A stretch of 64,000 bases of DNA, from assembly GCF_002113885.1 (NCBI RefSeq), contig NW_018408916.1:912957-976956 (forward strand), given 5' to 3'. The notes below the pieces were generated by a model. The model saw only the letters and a program-made list of their open reading frames with translations. It was not told the origin of the DNA and did no database searches. Shown here one piece after another: positions 39,718 to 50,335 of the stretch. Both the position numbers and the translations under genes were made by a program. How positions within the stretch are numbered: the first letter of the stretch is position 1; each line of letters starts with the position of its first letter. Source of the DNA: Mizuhopecten yessoensis (Eukaryota).

Positions 39718-42693
39718 ATGAATATGGAGGGGGAAGCTATCAACCCCGATATTAATGAGGCTATAGCAGAGAAGGTGAAAGATGCGGTTGCCAATACGCA
39801 GAACCAAGTCCTTTCCCATTTGGACCGGCTTATATCTAGCAAGCTAGACGCTTTTGAATTAAAAAATTCCAGTAATTCTGAGGCACAGATATCGAAACTA
39901 CAGCAAAATATCGCGAGTGTGGATTCACATAAATTCAGCAAGAAGAGTTGTGAGGACCAGTATAAGTTCAACACGAAGCTTAAAGCTAAATTCATGGAAG
40001 TTGGGCATGCTACGAAGTCGGGTCCAGGGGCAGTGGAGGCCATAGTTTCGGAGGGCGTGGACATGATAGACTATAGGCAAAAGTTGGTCAAGCTGGCCGA
40101 CACGTCGGAGGCAGGATGGAGGGCTGTCGACGAGTATATCGTTAATCCCATTGCGGAGGATTCTGAGGACGAAAAGAGGATGGACCGGGCCACTAATAGG
40201 GCCAACAGGAAAATGAAGGCGGTATCAAAGTCTAAATCAGCGAGGGGAGGTCGCAGATTTAATACCCCTTATCAACGATTCGGCGGACCTACGGCTACTA
40301 TTACTTCTAATACGACGGACAGCAGCAGGTCCGGGCCGGCATGGAGGGCACAGCGACCGGGTCTATGCTATAGTTGTGGTAAGCCTGGCCACTGGAGGTT
40401 GGAGTGTCCCGGGGTGTCCGGAGGGATGGCAGCCACGAACGGCAGTAAGATAAGTAAATTTTGCTATTTTAAGCATGTTCTCCCTGATGGTACGCCTTTG
40501 TGTAATTCAGATGAGGCACGAAAGGGCGACGTAAAGCATTCTGATGTTTTAAATGTTAATTTGTCTAGCATGAAAGGTAAGGTCAGCGAGTCGCCGATGG
40601 GTAGGTTGAGGCAGAGAGTGGATTTCTGGCGAGAGAAAGGTACATGCGATGCCGTATTATCCATTGTGTCGGACGGGTATAAGATCCCGTTTCGGGTAAT
40701 CCCGACTGGCGTTTATTTGCACAATAACAAGTCTGCACGAAACGATCCAGTTTTTGTTGGGTCTGAGATAGGAAAGTTGCTAGGGCTGGGTTTAGTTTCC
40801 GAAGTAGTGACACAGCCGTGCATCGTAAACCCACTTACTGTTGCTTACAACAGGGCAGGTAAGCCACGCCTTGTTTTGGATTGTCGGCATATCAATCCTC
40901 ATTTGCATAAATTCAAGTTTAAGTACGAGGATGCCAGGACGGCACGTGATTTGTTCACGGAAGGTGAGTTTTTGTTTACATTCGACCTCAAGTCTGCTTA
41001 CCATCATGTGGAGATTTTTCCTAGTCATCGGACCTTTTTGGGTTTTAGTTGGGAAGATCAAGGTATAACAAGATATTACATTTTCAACGTGTTGCCTTTC
41101 GGCATAGCCACAGCAGGGTACGTATTTACAAAAGTATTACGTGAGGTAGTCAAACACGTGCGCTCAGAAGGGCACAAGCTGATCATGTATTTGGACGACG
41201 GTATCGGTGGTCATGAGAATCAAGGCGGGGCCAATGAGGCCAGCAGGTATGTACAGCGAGTGTTGTTTGGATACGGTTTTTTGATAGCCGATGACAAGTG
41301 TCAATGGCAAGCTTCGCAGTGCGTTACGTGGCTGGGGTACACGTGGTCGATGGCAGAAGGCGTGGTTAGGGTGACCGAGGTACGGTTGGAAGGACTACTC
41401 GGGCTATTACGTCATACAATGAGCCTTGTCAATCAGCGAGGTCAGATGTGGTTCACTGCACGATACGTGGCTAGTATCATAGGTAAGATTATATCGATGC
41501 AAAGTGTAGTTGGCAGTCTGGCCAGACTACGTACACGTGAGTTGTACGCATGTGTGATGTTGAGAGCAGGTGGGAATGCTCGGGTGTTACTCACACATAG
41601 TGCTTTGGCTGAAATAAAGCACTGGTTGTTGAATATGCATGATTTAAATGCCAAGGGTTCCAGGTTGAAGGACACCCGGGTGTGTACAAACTTAGTTTGC
41701 ACAGACGCGTCTGGCGTTGGGTATGGCGGGTTTGTGACCCAATGCGCATGTTTACATAACGAGGCGTGTGAGTTTGTGAATGACATGCAGGTCATCGAGT
41801 CTCTGTGTGACGCATCAGGTACACAGGTACCTGTGGCGGTTCCATTGGAGGAATCGGTAGGATCAGGCGCTGATGGCTTTACCTCCATGGGGGGTAGTAC
41901 GGTGAGTATTCCGAGTGTAGCGGAATCGGGGGGTATGTCGCATGTAATAGGTGCATAGAGTGATGTCGAAAGGTCATTCAGTTCTACATGGAGAGAACTA
42001 GAGGCAGCAAAACGGGTGTTATACAGTGTGGCCGACGAGATGAGAGGTAAGAACATCAAACTGGTGATGGATAATAAAATTGCATGCTCTATAGTGAATA
42101 TAGGGAGCAGAAAGGCCGCGCTGCAGGGCATTGCATGCGAGTTGTATTGTTTCTGTTCCGACAATGGGGTAAGTTTGAGTACGCAGTGGATACCTAGGTC
42201 AGCTAACGGTACCGCTGATCACCTGAGCAGGTGTATGGATTGTGACGATTGGTGCATTCAATACTGGGTTGTTGTATTGTGTGAGAAAGCATGGGGTGTG
42301 CATGAGGTTGAGTTCGCCTCGGGATACAACGCTAAATGTAAGCGTTTTAATTCTAGATGGTGGTGTGAAGGCACGGAGGCTATAGATGCTTTTACAGTTT
42401 CGTGGGAGGGGGTAAATAATTGGTTAGTGCCGCCTCCAAGCTTAGTGTGCGAGACCATTTAAAAAATGAAGGTGGAAAGATCACACGACACTTTGATTGT
42501 TCCAGAATGGAAATCGGCATCTTTTTGGCCGATTATATGTATAACTGGGAATACGTTTGTTAGCTTTGTCAGTGATTATCGTGTACTGGGTAGCCAACAC
42601 GTTACTTCCATGGGTAGAGGAAATAACGGCTGTTTTGGGAAGCCGCTGTTGGCTTTTAACATGCTGGCACTGTGTGTCGATTTCAGAGTATAA
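39718..42693 (+). pseudogene. DIRS-like gag-RT-RNaseH-methyltransferase, one reading frame with two stops
   Basis: Zn knuckle CYSCGKPGHWRLEC; RT FDLKSAYHH, LPFG, YLDD; RNaseH TDAS, SSTWRELEA, WIPRSAN..AD; MT-like FAS..N..C.RFNS..DAF..PPP. Stops at 41956 and 42460. Confidence 0.88.
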
Positions 42694-42731
42694 TTAATAC
42701 GGAGAGTTTTCCTTTTCTGTCTTTTCAACAG

Positions 42732-43000
42732 GCGTAGGATTGGAGAGGACTCTGAAGGACGCTATTAATGCGTCAGGGGTCACGGAGGGGTCATATCTGT
42801 ACTGCTGTTCAGAGGGCATGGCAGTTAGGTTGCTGTCCAGCAAGAGCGAAAATACTAACAAAAAATACAGTGGAAGTTTCCGGAGATGGCAGTCGTTTAT
42901 TACTTCGCATGGTTTTCCTGATTTCCCTGCGAGCCCTATTCACGTGGCGCTATATTTGAACCATCTGTTGGACATTGCAGTCCAATGTATAGGTTTATAG
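42732..43000 (+). pseudogene. Tyrosine recombinase, N-terminal SAM-like domain only; catalytic domain apparently deleted
   Basis: SKSENTNKKYSGSFRRWQSF..PASPIHVALYLNHL runs directly into a C-terminus-like AVQCIGL*; no R-H-R-Y motifs. Confidence 0.75.
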
Positions 43001-44151
43001 GTCGCATGTAGTAAATGCGGGGAGTTTGTGGGGTTTTATTATTTTTAGGCGTTTTTCATGCTTGTATTTGTGGTTTATAAATATTTTGTTTGGAAATAAC
43101 GTACAGAGTATGACATTGGTTTCCGGGTGTCACCCTTGAGAGATATCCCGCAGGGAAATAATAGTTGTCCCGCCTCTGGACGCAGATTTCCGGGGGTTAT
43201 CTCCGGTTTTTTCTGAGCGAGCGGGTTGATCTCGATGAAGGGGAATCTCTGAGACATGTACGGTTTTCAAAAGGGGGTCTGTATTTTTGGCAGAGTACTG
43301 AAAAGTTTGTGATGTTTATGTTATGAATGTCCATTGCTTGGTATATATGTATATGCTGTCGTATTGTTTAATGTCTGATTAAACGCCTACCGCCTACGTC
43401 CTCACGGCGAGCTAGCGGCAAATTGAATATTTGAGTTGTGTCGGTTTTTCAAGTAGCGGAGTGAAGCGAGACGAGATATGTCTCATATATATATGTAAAT
43501 GTATTGTATAAAGACTTGATCCACTTTTATGTTCCCCGTTTAGAAAAATACCAAAAAAGTTATCAACCCAACAGTGACCTGAGAGTGTGTTGCAGCTATA
43601 TTTGGACCTAAACTAAGGTGGTCATAGTAATTTGATATGTTTCGGGGGTTCAGATTTACTGTCGGTAAATATGCCGTCCGTATTTGACTGTTCTATTTCA
43701 GTTGAAAATGGTGGTATGCTTAGCTTTAGACTTTTCCCATGTAAATATCTAAGGTTGGTGAGGTAATTTGTGGAAAAACTTCAAATCTAGCTGTTTCAAT
43801 TTAGTGATTGTTTTTCTCACAAAATTGTTAAACATTAATTTCAGAAAATAAAACAGGCATTTTTGTTCAGGCACAGAATATGTTATTCCTATTTTAATAC
43901 TATTTTTATTTTATTTTTGTAGATAATAAACAACAAGTTCTGTTTTGATCATTTCCAATCATTTTATTAGCCAAGGAAAATGTTAATACTCATTTTAGCC
44001 TCACTTTCTACATCCAGTAAACACTTTGACATGATGAAAAAAAACTATACAACTTGTACAGCCACAGAAAGACAGTCCTTACGCCAGTACAGATGGACTG
44101 AATAGAATAGTCACTGAAATGCACTACATGTATTAACATAAGAAGTAGATT

Positions 44152-45415
44152 TCAAACACAGTATGTCATCATTCTTTTGTTTGGATAGATCACCATTATG
44201 AGATTAATTACATCTAGAAGTAGGCAGGGAAGGTACTTGCAAGTATTTTTGTGGAGGTAGCAGACATGTTGCCAACTTGGTGACAATCCTTTAGCATCTA
44301 ACCCCACTGGAAGACATTCAGGAATGACTGTCCCTCTCATTACTAGTCTCACATTAGTCTCCTCCCCGTCAAGTGCATGCGTCACCTTTAGCACCCCTGA
44401 AATGAAATTAAATTACATGTAGTGTATATATATCAACAGAAAGTATATGCATTAAATAGCAGTTGATATATACCTGGTACATTGGTACATACAAGTGATG
44501 GTGATCATCTATGCCACACAATATACAAAAATTGTCCAGTTTTTTTGCGAAGTAAAAAAGTTTTATAAAAATAATGCATTCTTTACACTTTCATTGGACG
44601 TAAAAAAACAACATTTAACAATCAAAAACGATGGAGTTCAGGGGGAAGATGACCCAATCTCAATCTATGCAACTCAGTTTCAGGAGATTAAAGTCAGAAA
44701 TGTTTTTAAAGCAGAGACATATATTTCGAGCACCTAAATAGTGTATTTATGAGGAATATATCTCCCTGCTTTAAAGAAAGATACAGTATTGATCATTGGC
44801 AAAGCTTGCTAGGTCTTCTGTTTGCAAATTTAGTGGATTAAATTCACCTGCTTATAAGTCTTATCAGGCACAGTGCATCAAATAAATAGGGCATCTATTT
44901 GGCAAGACCCATACATAATTTCAGAATTTCACAAATAAAATATTTCAAATTGAATTAATTCCAATATTTGAATATTTTTTATCCATCGAAAAAAAATTAT
45001 ATTATAATATTTATAACTCAATTGTATTACATGTGAATTTAAATTTTATATGATAATCATCATACTGTTGTATTTTTTTCCTGATATGAGTGGTTAAGCC
45101 AGCAACTTAAGCAATATTATGAATGCATTAAGTTCATAGGTTTAAATTCCATACTGTTTTATTATTATTATTATTGAATGAGAAAAAATATGATTGTTTT
45201 TGCTAATGGTTCTGCCCATTACACAATTTCTATTCATTGTTTGATTTGTAAAGCATTTGGTCATTAATCTCATTATAATTTATATAATAAAAATAATACC
45301 AATTGTTCTTAATGTTTACATACCTTGAAATCTTTGCTGTACATGCTCATATTTTACAGCATGTTTTTCTTTCTTCCGAATGTTCCCATAGAACTGCATC
45401 ATACCAAAGGCCCCT
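44152..45415 (-). pseudogene. Two putative spliced exons of a degraded, possibly transposon-derived protein
   Basis: Donor CAAG|gtatgt at 45324 and acceptor tttcatttcag| at 44396 join in frame: ..KYEHVQQRFQG|VLKVTH..KGLSPSWQHVCYLHK. Confidence 0.35.
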
Positions 45416-45491
45416 GTGATCATGCTTAAGAAAATGTGTCATAACATTCTTAAGATAATGCACGTTGATATTATTGAAGTGCAGAAAACAC

Positions 45492-45563
45492 AATCCTATT
45501 AAAATCATCTGTTACATGGCTCTGCCTGAACAGAGCCATGTGATAGATGATTTTAATCAGATT
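45492..45563. mobile_element. 72-bp palindromic insertion with 11-bp direct flanking repeat GCAGAAAACAC
   Basis: Arms ATTAAAATCATCTGTTACATGGCTCTG / CAGAGCCATGTGATAGATGATTTTAAT; flanks at 45481-45491 and 45564-45574. Confidence 0.7.
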
Positions 45564-47136
45564 GCAGAAAACACGAATTGCCGATTGAATTAGATCTTTT
45601 GTGTTTTGAAACTGGAAGTGTACACGTGAAAGTTAGTCTGCAACACTTGTGACCTAGGGCTAGGCTTCTCCCACACGCCTGAACCTGGCCAACATTTAGC
45701 ACGATGACAAGCCAAAGAAACGGGAAAGAAGTGACTGAACTAATCGTCTATTACTTCAGATAGCACATTATAACATCCATATATTTTAAATCACTACATA
45801 CTACATGTCACAAATTTTAACGCAGACACCGTGTCTGTCATCTTCCTTAGGAAATGTAAACAATCTACCGGATGCGTGCGCACCAGAAATCGGAGAAATC
45901 CCTGGCGCCTCGATATTTAAGTCGATTTGATTAATTACTGATATCTAAAGTGTCGAATATTGTTTGAATAATTAACGAGATAGTCTTCTAGTTGCAGAAG
46001 GTATATAAGTTGTATATGTTTCGGGAATAAAAGAAGTAATATTTTACATTCTTGTGTAGCAAGTGATATTTCCGCGCGAAACAGAAATAGAATACAGAAT
46101 TATGACGTCAATCGGAATTCCTGTTTTTCTCCCTTTTCATTGGCTAGAAGTCACGTCCTGTTTCCCCACTGGAGGACTACTTCCGGACGAAAAAAACTCA
46201 AGGACAAGGTGTAGAAAGGGGAAACAACTCTGTTTAGGCACGCATGTCTTACCATTAAAGAGTTTTTTGTTACAAATGGCGGATTGGGTCAAGAATTCCA
46301 AATATTTAAACTTGTTTGATTTTAAGAATCAATGGCACTCAAGGTCAACAAGTAATTAAGGATAAGGTTATAAACAGGTCAAACTGTATAATTGTCACTG
46401 CCACTATTGTGAAATATATATGAAGTCCTTTTCATTAGAAGAATTATTCTATAAAAAATCACACGTTGCGATGAATTTTCAGAATTCAAGTTGTTTGAAA
46501 GTATTTTAAAAAATATGTAGAAATGTAAACGGATAGTGACTCACTTCACATTTAGCAGTTTGAAGATATGGAATGATCAACACGAGGACACCAGTGATAT
46601 ATATTTCGGTAATATCTCGTTTGTTTGCCTGTCGACAAATGTCTCCCGCTCTGTAAGGTAACTTGATTCATTAAGGTGCTTTCTTCTAAAAAATATCGGT
46701 TTATACATCGGGAAATCATTTTGGTAATGTTTAAAAGGTGGTTCCTATCTATATATTTGTTCACACTTCTTCGTTATGAGGCCAAGCCATTCAATATAAC
46801 TACTTTAAATACTATTGCCTGATTGTGTCCACTCCACAACTGCACTTTTGCTTTTGTCGTATATAACCTCAGACTTCAAAAAGGAAATATGATATGATCA
46901 GTTTCCTAAAATCCTTTTTAAAGGTCCTGATATGATCCGACTTTTATATGTTGGTAATAATACACAACACATATATACATTTAATTATCATGCGTTGATT
47001 GTCAAATAAATTATGAGTATTTAAATAATAATAAAATGCTGGACATGTGTCAGATTTCCAATGAGAATTCCAAACAAATTGTTTGAGATAGGACCCCGAG
47101 CGCTGGCGCTTAGTGTCTCAATTTTGTGTTCACAGT

Positions 47137-48303
47137 TGTTGTGAAACTGGGATTTGTTGACATTCGTTATAATAATAGTAATTCTTTATATAGCTTGCTA
47201 AAATCGTATTTATCATTACTAGTGTATCTCTATGTCAATGTGATATCAACAATACCTTTATAATCGTTAAGAGAGTCAGTTTTTTTGTTTTCAAAATGTC
47301 GGACGTCAAACTTTCCCGCAATCTATTGACAGTTTATGTCGTTGTATACGTGACGTAACTTCCGGGTTATTTCGTCAGCTATTAATAGTATCATACGTTA
47401 AAGATAACGGACTCTTTGTAATTCGTACTGAATTTGTCCATAAGAAAGAAATACATATGTAATTGTAAAATTATACTTCAAGAATGTTCTGTTGTTTTGC
47501 GTTACCATTGTGGCACGCGCTATTCGATATAAAAGCGGATTGCGGTCTGTTTTGAAGGAGTCGAGCTGGTAGAGATCCTGAGTGTACCAAGCGAGGTAAC
47601 TCTTGTGAAAGGTAGGGCATTTTTATAGGAACTTAAATTATACTCTATCTAGTTTAATGGAGTATTTATATATTTCCAATTCATATTTATAACCTTCGGT
47701 GAACCGTGAAGTCGGGCTCGGAGGAAAATAAGTTACAAATACTAATTTAAGGGGTATTTGAATACATTTCGATAACTTGTGTGAGCCACGTAATGCGGAG
47801 TCACAAGAAAGTAATTGTGTTTAAGGTTTAGATAACTCTATATGTTATAACCTGTGTTGAACCGTGAAGTCGGTCTCACGGGAAACTAAAGAAACTTGTA
47901 AGGCATAGATAAATCTATCAATCATAACCTGTGGTGAGTCGTGAATTCGAACTCACAGGAAAACAATGTACATGTAAGGCTTATTTTAACTAACCGTTAA
48001 GCTCCCCGAGCGTATATTTCTTGATTGATAAGTAATTCCTAGTGTTTATGATAGCTATATTGTTCAAGTAGGATTTTTCATGATAGCATAGTACGACTCG
48101 ACTCATATGCTTTGGTGACGGGATTATGTAAATGTATTTTGTATACGAATATGTAAATTGTATGTAATGGAATTCTGTATACTGATATGTATATGGTAGT
48201 AACTGAATAAACACCATCCTCGTACTTGATATCAACGTATCGAACTCTTAATTTCTGGTACCGAATAACGGCTTTCCATACAAGAAGGCACAATTTTATT
48301 ACA
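47137..48303 (+). repeat. 5' LTR (1167 bp)
   Basis: Near-identical to 55302-56467; TATAAAA at 47528-47534, AATAAA at 48206-48211. Confidence 0.97.
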
Positions 48304-48304
48304 C

Positions 48305-48316
48305 TGGTGGCAGCGG
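48305..48316 (+). other. Primer binding site, complementary to tRNA-Leu 3' end
   Basis: TGGTGGCAGCGG is the reverse complement of CCGCTGCCA-CCA; lies 1 nt after the LTR. Confidence 0.85.
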
Positions 48317-48493
48317 AAACTTTTCTTTTTTCCTGAATATTTGGCCTGTACATTTTGGATTTTTCAAAAGATAGTGACAGGAGAACAATTGAACTCGGGA
48401 GTAATTTGAATATTTGGTAACGTCTATATTTTTATTGTTTTGGTGAAATTTTTGAGGTACCAGAGTTTTAATAGTAATAGATTTTAGTAAAGG

Positions 48494-50302
48494 ATGGATT
48501 TAAGGAGTAGAAAATTGACTTCGCCGAATTTTGTAAGGGGGGAAATTGTGGGCAGTGAACATATCGATTCTCAAAATAGCCGTGTTGGGTCGCCAATGCC
48601 AAGCGTCATGGGAGTGAACATTCCACAATGTCAATTGGATAAATCACTGGATAGGAGCAGACCAACACCAAGTTTTGGAGAAGACAACAGTTATAGTCCA
48701 CAGGATGTCGATAAAGCAAATCAGGATTCTATGACCTTAGGCGATAACCTTGGAAACCAAGCAGGTCAACCTTCTTACAGACATACAGAGAACGATGTCT
48801 GTGATAGTGCAACCTTACCTCCTATGAGATATGGAGTCCAACAAGATTTATGTAGCAGTACAGTTCCAGTCCACACAACTCAGGGAGCTTCTACAAATCT
48901 GTTTCAAAACCCCCAAAGCACAACTATATCTCAGGAGTTCCGTAATGGAAACCGGGATAGTTCTTCCAATATGTATGACAATCGGGCGTCCCACGATTTA
49001 TATAGAGGAAACCAATGCGATGTCACTGTTGGACCATCTCATGAGTTCCGTAATGGAAACAGAGACATGTTCCGTAATGGAAATAATTCACAGTGTCCCT
49101 CCGCAAACTACTCAGAGTTCCGTAATGGAAACTGGGGAGATGTCGCTGTTGCGGAATCCCATGAATTCCGTAATGGAAACAGGGATAAGTTCCGTGATGG
49201 AAATACCTCACAGTGCCAACAAAACGATTTCTCAGAGTTCCGTAATGGAAACAATGGAAATCATCGCAGACAGCAGAACTATGGAGCGGAAGTGGAGTTC
49301 CGGCGCAGAAACAACGACCAAATTTCTACGGAACCCTACCACAACGCAAGATCTGGTTACAATCAGAATTGTATGCCGTATTCGGGATCACTTTCTTACT
49401 CATCAAGTCGGACGGGTAGAGAACCTGAGACTAGATTACCTACATTCAACGGACGTGGAGACTGGCAAGCGTTCATAACAACTTTCAACATGATTGCTGG
49501 TAGATTTTGCTGGAACGAGGCGAGACGGTGTGAGGAGATATTGTTTTGTCTGAGAGAGGACACCTTATCCTTTGCGACTAGACTGCCAATTCAGAGCAGA
49601 CTGGACTACTATCAGTTATGTACAGACATGCAACGGCGGTTTGGGGATATCTCATTACCAGAGACATACAGACGGAAGTTGACAAACGTTAAGAAATCAA
49701 GTGAAGAATCCATGCAAACCTTTTCTTCTAGAGTGGAACAAATGGTTCGAAAGGCCTATCCGGGCATCAACCACATACTCTACAATAACCTATGTGTGGA
49801 GCATATGTTAAATGGTATCCAAGACCAGAGTATAGCATACGATGTCCTGACTAAAAGACCACAGACAGTGGAAGAAGCTATTAATCTCCTAACATGGCAT
49901 TATACTTGCAAGAACAGTGTGAAGCAAGTTAAGAACAACGTGCGAGAGGTCACGGTAATAGAGAAAGACCATGATGATCCGGAAGTACGGCGAACCAGTC
50001 AAGGACGTTACGTGACTGAAGAACGGTTACAACAGTTTGGCAGGGATATGGTGAAAGACCTTAAGGAGAGCATTTCGAAGGAAATCAAGGAAGCAATAAG
50101 TAACCTAGACAGGTCAAAATCAAATGGCTACAAGAAGGGTAATTTTGCCCGGAATCACCAAGATGTGGAATGCTACCAATGCCATAAGAAAGGTCACTAT
50201 CGAAGTGAATGTCCAGAGCTAAATGAAGGCAACAAAGGACACAGAGCGAACAATACGACGCAGACAGAACTTAAAAATGGAGTGACAAAGAATTTAAACT
50301 AG
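48494..50302 (+). CDS. gag: Gypsy Gag with N-terminal EFRNGN repeats and CCHC knuckle
   Basis: 602-aa ORF; capsid-like LPTFNG..W..F; CYQCHKKGHYRSEC. Confidence 0.92.
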   Translation: MDLRSRKLTSPNFVRGEIVGSEHIDSQNSRVGSPMPSVMGVNIPQCQLDKSLDRSRPTPSFGEDNSYSPQDVDKANQDSMTLGDNLGNQAGQPSYRHTENDVCDSATLPPMRYGVQQDLCSSTVPVHTTQGASTNLFQNPQSTTISQEFRNGNRDSSSNMYDNRASHDLYRGNQCDVTVGPSHEFRNGNRDMFRNGNNSQCPSANYSEFRNGNWGDVAVAESHEFRNGNRDKFRDGNTSQCQQNDFSEFRNGNNGNHRRQQNYGAEVEFRRRNNDQISTEPYHNARSGYNQNCMPYSGSLSYSSSRTGREPETRLPTFNGRGDWQAFITTFNMIAGRFCWNEARRCEEILFCLREDTLSFATRLPIQSRLDYYQLCTDMQRRFGDISLPETYRRKLTNVKKSSEESMQTFSSRVEQMVRKAYPGINHILYNNLCVEHMLNGIQDQSIAYDVLTKRPQTVEEAINLLTWHYTCKNSVKQVKNNVREVTVIEKDHDDPEVRRTSQGRYVTEERLQQFGRDMVKDLKESISKEIKEAISNLDRSKSNGYKKGNFARNHQDVECYQCHKKGHYRSECPELNEGNKGHRANNTTQTELKNGVTKNLN

Positions 50303-50335
50303 TTAGGACTGTGCCTGTCGGCCAAGACACAGTCC
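50293..50335 (+). promoter_or_regulatory. -1 programmed ribosomal frameshift signal
   Basis: T TTA AAC in the gag frame just before the stop, 6-nt spacer, stem GGACTGTG/CACAGTCC; pol is in the -1 frame. Confidence 0.88.

Larger units (their letters stand above)
39530..43490 (+). mobile_element. DIRS/Ngaro-type tyrosine recombinase retrotransposon, decayed (ends approximate)
   Basis: GC-richer island with domain order Gag-RT-RNaseH-MT then YR N-terminus. Confidence 0.9.

Noticed and set aside
39530-43490. Split direct repeats or ITR/ICR termini of the DIRS-like element
   Set aside because: Local hairpins are visible at 39533-39562 and ~39575-39617, but I could not match 5' and 3' repeats by eye; the subfamily is left open.
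47693-47959. Hammerhead ribozymes in the LTR hairpins
   Set aside because: No CUGANGA core or three-way junction.
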